A stretch of 24,850 bases of DNA from Gemmatimonadales bacterium (lineage in GTDB: Bacteria > Gemmatimonadota > Gemmatimonadetes > Gemmatimonadales > GWC2-71-9): assembly GCA_030597435.1 (NCBI GenBank), contig JAUVRV010000001.1, positions 1 through 24,850 of the forward strand. The letters are read 5' to 3'. A program made the position numbers and the translations under genes. Positions 18,197 to 24,850 of this stretch are shown piece after piece (the first letter of the stretch is position 1; the number at the start of each line of letters is the position of its first letter). The notes under the pieces are model-generated. The model did no database searches, had not been told where the DNA came from, and was given only the letters and a program-made list of their open reading frames with translations.

Positions 18197-19834
18197 ATGA
18201 CGGGTGAGCACCAGAAAAAGACCTGGCCCAGCTACTGGAATCCCGAAGACGAGACGTTCTGGAACCGTGAAGGCAAACGAGTAGCCAAGCGGAATCTCTG
18301 GGTCTCCATCCCCAACCTATTGCTGGCCTTCGCCGTCTGGATCTATTGGGGTATGGTCGCCACGTACATCCAGAGGCTCCACTTTGCCTCCGGGGGAGAA
18401 CTCTTCAACTTCACCTTCATGCATGGCGGGGAGGCGTACGACGACCCCGGATATAGAGCGCTCCTTTTCATGCTTCCCGCTGTAGCGGGTTTGGCGGGAG
18501 CGACCTTGCGGATCCCCAACTCGTTCATGATCGCGATCTGTGGGGGGCGGAACGTGAAGTTCATGACGAGCCTGCTTCTCATCCTGCCAGCTATCGGTAC
18601 GGGGATCGCCCTCCAGGACCATACGACGCCGTTCTATCTCTTCATCATACTTGCAGCGCTGTCGGGTGTCGGGGGAGGAGCGTTCGCTTCGTCCATGTCA
18701 AACATCAGCTTCTTTTTTCCGAAGAAGGAGCAGGGGCTGGCGTTGGGACTGAACGCGGGATTGGGAAACCTGGGCGTCAGCGTGATGCAGTTCCTGATCC
18801 CCTGGGTTATCACCTTTCGTTTGTTCGGCCCCCTGAGTGGAGACCCGTACGTGTATTCAGCGGATGGGGCGACCTCGGACATTTGGATCCAAAACGCGGG
18901 CCTGGTCTGGGTGCCGATTCTGCTCTTGTTCGTGATCCTGGCCTTCTTGTACATGAACAATCTGCCCTTCCACAGGATCGGCTCCACGCCCGTCGCGGTC
19001 GCGAAGTATCTGTGGCTCACTCTGCTGGGCCTGATCGGTACAGCCGCTGGGGTCATCCTGTTGATCGTACCATGGGGCGGATTTCCAGACCTATTGAAGA
19101 CCTTCATCATCGTGGTAGTGGCGGTAGTCGTCACGCTCGCAGCTATGCGATTCCTGACGCCTAAGGAGACCAAAGAAAGCCTCAACCAACAGTTCGGAAT
19201 CTTCAGGTTGAAGCACAACTGGATCATGACGTACCTCTATGTCATGACCTTCGGCTCCTTCATTGGATACGCCAACGCCTTTCCGAAGCTGATCGACGAC
19301 GTCTTTGGCGTCATCAGGGTGGGAGAGCAGGCAGGTCAGGCGACGGGTCTGAGTTCAGCTGGGTTCATCTGGATCGGCGCCGGCGTTGGCGCGTTGATAA
19401 GGCCTCTGGGAGGGTGGCTGTCAGATAAAATGGGAGGTGCACGGGTAACCCACTGGGACACCATCCTCATGATCGCGTCAACCATCGGGGCGGGGTACGT
19501 AGTCTCCCTCGCCATGGGTTCGCCGGATCCCACACAATATTTCGTCGTCTTTCTGCTTCTGTTCGTAGTGCTTTTCGCGACAACGGGCATCGGAAACGGC
19601 TCAACCTTCCGGATGATCGGCGTGATCTTCTCGAAAGACCTCCGCGGGCCCGTGCTTGGCTGGACCTCAGCAATCGCAGCATATGGAGCGTACCTCATTC
19701 CCAAGATCTTCGCGGGCCAGATCCAAGCAGGTACGCCGCAGTACGCGCTGTATGGTTTTGCCGGCTACTACGCGACATGCCTGGCCCTCAACTGGTGGTT
19801 CTACGCAAGGAAGCATGCGGAGATCGACTGCTAG
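18197..19834 (+). CDS. narK: Nitrate/nitrite MFS transporter, NarK2-type (antiporter clade)
   Basis: W.PEDETFW...GKRVAKRNLWVS, the two conserved Arg (ATLRIP, ALIRPLGGWLSD), GIGNGSTFRMI and GWTSAIAAYGA. AAGGAG upstream. Confidence 0.92.
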   Translation: MTGEHQKKTWPSYWNPEDETFWNREGKRVAKRNLWVSIPNLLLAFAVWIYWGMVATYIQRLHFASGGELFNFTFMHGGEAYDDPGYRALLFMLPAVAGLAGATLRIPNSFMIAICGGRNVKFMTSLLLILPAIGTGIALQDHTTPFYLFIILAALSGVGGGAFASSMSNISFFFPKKEQGLALGLNAGLGNLGVSVMQFLIPWVITFRLFGPLSGDPYVYSADGATSDIWIQNAGLVWVPILLLFVILAFLYMNNLPFHRIGSTPVAVAKYLWLTLLGLIGTAAGVILLIVPWGGFPDLLKTFIIVVVAVVVTLAAMRFLTPKETKESLNQQFGIFRLKHNWIMTYLYVMTFGSFIGYANAFPKLIDDVFGVIRVGEQAGQATGLSSAGFIWIGAGVGALIRPLGGWLSDKMGGARVTHWDTILMIASTIGAGYVVSLAMGSPDPTQYFVVFLLLFVVLFATTGIGNGSTFRMIGVIFSKDLRGPVLGWTSAIAAYGAYLIPKIFAGQIQAGTPQYALYGFAGYYATCLALNWWFYARKHAEIDC

Positions 19835-19912
19835 TGCGGGTGACCGAGTCATCTCAACGTACCGGGCCCGCACTCTGACCGGTCGCAACTAAACGAGAGC
19901 CAAGACGAGGTT

Positions 19913-21406
19913 ATGCAAGAACAATCAGTAGCTTGGCGGGTTCTAGCCCTCAACACGATTGCCTTCACCGTCTGTTTCGCATGCTGGATGCTGAACGGGG
20001 TGCTCGTGACCTTCCTGGTCGAGGCCGGGCTATTCGAGTGGGACGCCGCCCAGATGGGTACACTGATCGGCATCCCGGTTCTCACCGGCTCACTCATGAG
20101 ATTGCCCCTCGGCATGCTCACTGATAAGTTTGGCGGTCGCCCCGTGTACGCCATACTGATGCTCCTGTGCGCGGTGCCGATGTTCCTCCTGAGTCGCGTC
20201 GACTCCTACACCGGGTACCTTCTCGCAAGCTTGGGCTTCGGCCTGACAGGCACTTCGTTTGCTGTGGGCATCGCGTTCTCCTCGGTTTGGTTCAGGAGAG
20301 AGCACCAGGGAACCGCTCTGGGGATTTTCGGGGCGGGAAACGCCGGTGCGGCTTTGACGGCCATGCTCGCACCGGGCGTTCTACGCGCGCTCACGCATGG
20401 TGGAGAAGACCTGGAGCGCTGGCGACTCCTGCCTCAGTACTACGCCGCGCTACTTGTCGCGATGGCTGTCGTTTTCTTCGTGTTTACCAAGAACAAGAAG
20501 CCCGAAGTTGCCTCACGATCTACCGTGCTGCAGATGCTCCAGCCGCTGAGGAACGTGCGCGTCTGGCGGTTTGGCTTGTACTATTTTCTGGTGTTCGGCG
20601 GATTCGTTGCTCTGTCTCAGTGGCTGGTGCCGTACTACGTCAACGTCTACGCAATGACCATCGTTACTGCGGGACTGCTGACCTCCATTTTCTCGCTTCC
20701 GTCCGGCGTCATCCGCGCGTTGGGTGGGTATCTCTCAGATAAGCTCGGTGCTCGTAGCGTGATGTACTGGGTTCTGAGCGTTGTAGCTCTCTGCTGCTTC
20801 GCACTGTTCTTTCCCAAGATGGAGGTCGAATCCCCGGGTAGCGGGGTCATGGCGAGGAAGAGCGGCACCGTAACACTCGTAGCGGACGGCGAGATCCGAG
20901 TCGACGACGACATCTACCCACTGCAGTCGAGGTCGCAAGACGAGTTCGATGACGCCGGAACCCACTTGCTGCCAGTCATCCGCTCATGGCACGTGCCGCA
21001 AGTGGAAGTCGGTCAGCAAGTCGGCAGGCGACACCTCCTGGCAGGCGGTGTCACACACGTTTTCTTTCAGGCAAACGTCTGGATCTTCACTATATTTGTC
21101 TTCATCATCGGTATCGCGATGGGGATCGGGAAAGCAGCAGTCTACAAGTACATTCCCGAGTACTTCCCATCCCAAGTCGGTGTCGTGGGAGGTATGGTCG
21201 GCGTCATAGGTGGCCTCGGAGGGTTCGTTTGCCCGATCATCTTTGGGTACCTGCTGCGGGGCATCGGACTCTGGACGACCACCTGGGTATTCTTCTTCTT
21301 AGTGGCAATGGTATGCCTCATCTGGCTCCATCTGGTGGTGCGGCGGAGTTCCACGAAGGAGACCCATATCGAAGGTCCAGGGCCGCACGCAGCTAGCACC
21401 GGGTAG
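19913..21406 (+). CDS. narK: Nitrate/nitrite MFS transporter, NarK1-type, with an extra soluble insertion
   Basis: VL.LNTIAFTVCFACW, GIPVLTGSLMRLPLG.LTD.FGGR, GTALGIFGAGNAG, GVIRALGGYLSD, GIGKAAVYKYIP.YFP and GG..G.IGGLGGF. Confidence 0.92.
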   Translation: MQEQSVAWRVLALNTIAFTVCFACWMLNGVLVTFLVEAGLFEWDAAQMGTLIGIPVLTGSLMRLPLGMLTDKFGGRPVYAILMLLCAVPMFLLSRVDSYTGYLLASLGFGLTGTSFAVGIAFSSVWFRREHQGTALGIFGAGNAGAALTAMLAPGVLRALTHGGEDLERWRLLPQYYAALLVAMAVVFFVFTKNKKPEVASRSTVLQMLQPLRNVRVWRFGLYYFLVFGGFVALSQWLVPYYVNVYAMTIVTAGLLTSIFSLPSGVIRALGGYLSDKLGARSVMYWVLSVVALCCFALFFPKMEVESPGSGVMARKSGTVTLVADGEIRVDDDIYPLQSRSQDEFDDAGTHLLPVIRSWHVPQVEVGQQVGRRHLLAGGVTHVFFQANVWIFTIFVFIIGIAMGIGKAAVYKYIPEYFPSQVGVVGGMVGVIGGLGGFVCPIIFGYLLRGIGLWTTTWVFFFLVAMVCLIWLHLVVRRSSTKETHIEGPGPHAASTG

Positions 21407-21520
21407 CCGTGCCCCAGTCTTGTTCCATCACCAAGAAGCTGACATGGACGAGCCCCGCCAACCTGGGATCCGCATAGAGGACGCGACCGACTGCTGCGAT
21501 AGCCACAGGAGGCTCGCATC

Positions 21521-21976
21521 ATGAGTGTTGCAACACACATCCTGCTCACTACCGATTTTTCGGAGGCGTCCGAAGAAGCAGTTGCCAAGGCTGGTGAGCT
21601 GGCACGGGACGCTGGTGTCAAGCTGACCGTGCTACACGTCCACAGCCACCCGCCAAGCGCTCCAGAAGCATACGTTCCAGCGGACAAGGTGCTTACGTCC
21701 GCCGAACTCGATACCGAAGCGCACCAGGCTCTTGAAGAGCTGAAGAATTCCCAGCTCGCCAATGTCGAGTCCGTTACCCTCGTCGCCGTAGAGCATGTCA
21801 GTGCTCCACTCGCGATCTGCGATTACGCAGACAAACACGGAGTCGACCTCATTGTCATCGGTACTCACGGACGCACCGGCCTAACCCGTCTCCTAATCGG
21901 CAGCGTCGCCGAAAAAGTCGTGCGCCACGCGAACTGCGCCGTACTGGTGGTCCCCCACAGTAAGCATCGGCGGTAG
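21521..21976 (+). CDS. Universal stress protein (UspA family)
   Basis: HILLTTDFSEAS and DLIVIGTHGRTGLTRLLIGSVAEKVVRHA (G-2x-G-9x-GS nucleotide-binding motif). AGGAGG lies 8 nt upstream. Confidence 0.95.
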   Translation: MSVATHILLTTDFSEASEEAVAKAGELARDAGVKLTVLHVHSHPPSAPEAYVPADKVLTSAELDTEAHQALEELKNSQLANVESVTLVAVEHVSAPLAICDYADKHGVDLIVIGTHGRTGLTRLLIGSVAEKVVRHANCAVLVVPHSKHRR

Positions 21977-23824
21977 TGTGGTGTGATGGCCACTGAGAAC
22001 TTTCTGGGCTTCCAGGACCGCCCGGGGCAGGATTACGATCTCCCTCAAGGACATGGCGGTGACTTCGCCGGACGGATCCGTGCTGAAGGTGATACGCTTG
22101 GGTTGCCGCTCATCTGTCTCCCATACTTCCGGCGTACCGGTCGCCGCCAGTGAAGCCACCCTGCCGCCGGGGTATCTCAGCGTAAGAGTCCCGTCTTCCC
22201 AGGTGAGGGTCAGAACCCCCTGGCCGCCGGGTAGCTGGTAGTCGCCCAGAATGGATTGTAGGGAATCGGGGGCGGGGGAGTCCATACCCGGTGAAGAACG
22301 CTGCTTCGGGAAGACCGAGGTCTGGGCCAGCCGCATGGCCTCCACCTCTCCGGAAGCGCCTTGCCGGAAGGAGACCGCGACGAGGTCGGTGAGGGTGAAG
22401 CTTCTCCACCCCTTTTCATCGGGCTCGTTGAGGGTGAAGACCATCTGGCCGGGGATATCCACGGCTAAAGCGTTTCCCTGGACCAGGACGGTGAACTCTG
22501 TCCCCTGGTGGGGACCGAAGTTGGCACTGTAGCGCCCCACATAGGGCCGGAAGGCCTCGGGGATGGGAGCCGCGTGGGTTCCTCCGTGGGCGTCCGGTGC
22601 CATGAACAGGTCATACAGCAATCTTTCCAACTCCATGTGCACGTCCTGGCCCCTGGACTGCGTGAAGCAGAGGACCATGAGATCCTCCCCGGGCCAGGCC
22701 CAGGCGAAGGTGCCATCGGATCCGGCGTATCCAATGACCTGGTTGCTCCCCTCCCCGCTTCCGTCGGTGTCCCGGAAGAGGAGGGCCATCTGGCCATGCC
22801 AGACTTCCAGGCCAGGGAAGGCCGTGGGGTAGGGTGCGGTAGACCCGATCTGGGTCATGGGAGACACCGGGTTGAGGGTCCGCCGGACCGATTCCTCGGC
22901 CAGGAGCCTAGTGCCCAGGTAGCTGCCGCCGTCGAGCCAGAGGGTAAGGAAGCGAGCGTAGTCCAGTGGAGTGGCGTACACGCTCTGGGATCCCAGGGGG
23001 AAGGCGTAGAAGGGGTCCTCCGACGGCTCCCAGAACCGCTGCCAGGCCCTGGTCGTGCCCCCGCCCCCGTAGAGGGCCGCGATACGGTCCGTGGGAAGGT
23101 CGCTTCCGGAGGCCTGGGTGAGGAAACCGGTATCCCTCATCCCCACGGGTCCGAAGAGCCGGGACTCCAGAAAGAGGTCCAAAGGCTGGCCCGATACGGC
23201 TTCGACTAGGGCGCCCAGGACATCGGCGCCGGCGTCGCTGTACCAGAACCGGGTGCCTGGTTCGAAGATCGGGCCCGCAGTACCAATGGCAGTGGTCAGC
23301 TCCCCGAGGGTCTGGCTTGGATGTTCCGGGTCCAACGCCAGGCTGACCGGAAGCCCGCTACGGTGTGTCAGAAGCTGCTCCACCGTGATCATCCCCGCGT
23401 CTCCGTCTCGCAAGGCCGGGAGGAACTTGGCTACCCGGCCGTCGAGGGTGAGGGCGCCTTCCTGAATGAGGATCTGGACGGCCGTGCCCACCAGGGGCTT
23501 GGTCATGGAGCGAATGTTGAAGATAGTGTTGACCCCCATCTCCTCTCCCCGCTCCCGATTCTTCCAGCCGAACGCCCTGTTCATCACCGTCCGGCGATTC
23601 TTGATGACCAGAAGCTCTGCCCCAACGACCCGGTCCTCCTCCACCCACCCCTGGATTCGGTGGTGAAGTGACTCAAGGGCTTCCGGGGCGATTCCCTGGC
23701 TCTCCGGAGACGCCGGTGGGAAGGGTGGCTCCTGGGCAGCGAGCGACCCGGCCCAGAAGAGAACTGGAAGAGCGAGAAAGGGCGGGAAGCAGAGCAACTG
23801 TCTGATTGCGCGATTGGCGTTCAT
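21893..23824 (-). CDS. Secreted serine hydrolase, beta-lactamase class C/PBP fold, with two C-terminal DUF3471-like modules
   Basis: Signal peptide (..SLAA|QE), F.IRSMTKP (SxxK), LLTHRSG, F.PGTRFWYSD (YxN variant) and G..MRDTGF. The last 84 nt overlap the usp gene antisense. Confidence 0.85.
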   Translation of the reverse strand: MNANRAIRQLLCFPPFLALPVLFWAGSLAAQEPPFPPASPESQGIAPEALESLHHRIQGWVEEDRVVGAELLVIKNRRTVMNRAFGWKNRERGEEMGVNTIFNIRSMTKPLVGTAVQILIQEGALTLDGRVAKFLPALRDGDAGMITVEQLLTHRSGLPVSLALDPEHPSQTLGELTTAIGTAGPIFEPGTRFWYSDAGADVLGALVEAVSGQPLDLFLESRLFGPVGMRDTGFLTQASGSDLPTDRIAALYGGGGTTRAWQRFWEPSEDPFYAFPLGSQSVYATPLDYARFLTLWLDGGSYLGTRLLAEESVRRTLNPVSPMTQIGSTAPYPTAFPGLEVWHGQMALLFRDTDGSGEGSNQVIGYAGSDGTFAWAWPGEDLMVLCFTQSRGQDVHMELERLLYDLFMAPDAHGGTHAAPIPEAFRPYVGRYSANFGPHQGTEFTVLVQGNALAVDIPGQMVFTLNEPDEKGWRSFTLTDLVAVSFRQGASGEVEAMRLAQTSVFPKQRSSPGMDSPAPDSLQSILGDYQLPGGQGVLTLTWEDGTLTLRYPGGRVASLAATGTPEVWETDERQPKRITFSTDPSGEVTAMSLREIVILPRAVLEAQKVLSGHHTTLPPMLTVGDHQYGAVRVAHDFFGDAAD

Positions 23825-23850
23825 TTTTGGTGGATCCCCCTTTCTGTGAA

Positions 23851-23914
23851 AGAGTAAAGGTGGTTTGCCATTATGTCAAGGTAGCTTGACATAGCGTAAA
23901 GTGGATCTTACATT
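23851..23914. promoter_or_regulatory. Bidirectional sigma70 promoter built on a palindrome, probably also the XRE operator
   Basis: TATGTCAAG-GTAG-CTTGACATA at 23872-23893. Plus strand: TTGACA (23886-23891)-N17-TACATT (23909-23914). Minus strand: TTGACA (23879-23874)-N17-TACTCT (23856-23851). Confidence 0.78.
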
Positions 23915-23961
23915 CAATTCGTAAGTTGGTCCGAATGACATGTGACAACAAAGGAGGAATC

Positions 23962-24423
23962 ATGGGTTTGGGGGAGATGAGCCAGACGCGGCTCAGGGCG
24001 TGGCTTGCCTGCATGATCTGGACGCTGGCGGGGGTGGGTTTCATGCTGACGTCTTTCTCCGGAGGAGGTCCGAGTGAGCTGGACACCGACTCCATGCGGC
24101 ACGTGACGGGCGCCGCGGCCTTGGGGTTCGGGTTCGTAGGCTACTGGTTGGCCCTCTGGTTCACCCGGCAGAGGAAGGGCGGCCCCCCGGTCTCGGACGA
24201 GCGGGATCTGCAGATCGTGGCCCGGGCGAATCAGGCGACTCTCGTAGTGGTCCTGGTGGGAATCTTCGTTCTTACCATCGGCCTCTGGACCGTCTATGAG
24301 CCCGAGGGGCAGGTGCCTGTGGGATGGATGTGGTTCCTGGCATACGGCAGCGCGATCTTGGCCTATGTAACCTCGTCGGTGACGATATTGATCCTGGATT
24401 GGAGGATGGGCGGACATGGGTGA
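23962..24423 (+). CDS. Four-TM membrane protein, DUF2178-like
   Basis: AAGGAGG precedes the ATG at 23962. Four hydrophobic segments with a central SDERDLQI..RA motif, typical of membrane proteins paired with XRE regulators. Confidence 0.7.
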   Translation: MGLGEMSQTRLRAWLACMIWTLAGVGFMLTSFSGGGPSELDTDSMRHVTGAAALGFGFVGYWLALWFTRQRKGGPPVSDERDLQIVARANQATLVVVLVGIFVLTIGLWTVYEPEGQVPVGWMWFLAYGSAILAYVTSSVTILILDWRMGGHG

Positions 24424-24640
24424 GGGAGTGATCAAGAACCAGATTCGGCGCCTTCGCTTCGAGCACGGGGAGATGACCCAGCAGGAGCTTGCTGAGCGGG
24501 CGGGATGCACCCGGCAGACAATCGGGGCCCTGGAGCAGGGGGGGTATGTGCCTTCCCTGGCCCTGGCATTCCGCATCGCAAGAGTGTTCGGGGTGGGGGT
24601 GGGGGTGGGGGTGGAGGACGTGTTCGAGTTCGAGCCCTGA
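24416..24640 (+). CDS. XRE/Cro-C1 family HTH transcriptional regulator
   Basis: IKNQIRRLRFEHGEMTQQELAERAGCTRQTI.ALEQG.Y.PSL.LAFRIARVF...VEDVF. It overlaps the upstream gene by 8 nt. Confidence 0.93.
   Translation: MGEGVIKNQIRRLRFEHGEMTQQELAERAGCTRQTIGALEQGGYVPSLALAFRIARVFGVGVGVGVEDVFEFEP
24590..24613 (+). repeat. (GGGGTG)x4 hexamer repeat, G-quadruplex-type motif, encoding GVGVGVGV
   Basis: Read directly as G4-T-G5-T-G5-T-G5-T-G. Confidence 0.85.
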
Positions 24641-24650
24641 CCGGAGGCTG

Positions 24651-24662
24651 CCCCCCCCCCCC
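24651..24662. repeat. C12 homopolymer
   Basis: Twelve consecutive C, starting 11 nt after the XRE stop codon. Confidence 0.85.
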
Positions 24663-24850
24663 GCCCGCGGCCTGGAGCCGATGCTAAGTCTGCTCCGGAG
24701 GCCCGTCTGAGGTCACGCCGGGGACGCCAGCGGCTCCGTCAATGATCCGGTCGGCCTGCCCGCCTATGGGCTCCAGGACCCGTCCGGGGCCGAGTTCTGG
24801 CTTGTGGTTCACGACCACGGGCCGATGATTCCGACGCTCCTGCCCGACAT

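Noticed and set aside
17391-18200. 269-aa alternative-frame ORF over narI
   Set aside because: It fully overlaps narI in another frame, with Arg/Pro-rich non-protein-like composition.
21893-23824. Antibiotic-resistance beta-lactamase call
   Set aside because: The fold family is broad and the YxN and motif-3 positions are non-canonical.

Overview
Bacterial chromosomal window, probably Gemmatimonadota. That assignment is an inference from the RDSAG-type beta-propeller lipoprotein. Left to right: (1) a translationally coupled lnt (5'-truncated) - hydantoinase/oxoprolinase A - B operon; (2) a cobalamin-binding radical SAM gene that probably starts at a CTG; (3) a 6-bladed beta-propeller lipoprotein; (4) an NhaR-like LysR regulator divergent from a short HPF/RaiA gene and a TraR/DksA-like zinc-finger gene, with two TTCG-N7-CGAA boxes in textbook LysR positions; (5) a complete respiratory nitrate reductase operon led by a membrane-anchored dihaem cytochrome c (narC-like, narG, narH, narJ, narI, NarK2-type, NarK1-type), followed by a universal stress protein; (6) a secreted beta-lactamase-fold serine hydrolase divergent from a membrane protein + XRE regulator pair, sharing a palindromic bidirectional sigma70 promoter. 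The most notable items are the Thermus-like narC-GHJI-K-K architecture, the co-oriented hibernation/anaerobiosis block (HPF, DksA-like, Nar, Usp), an ~88-aa soluble insertion in the NarK1-type transporter, and several small unannotated elements. No rRNA, tRNA, CRISPR array or transposase was seen.
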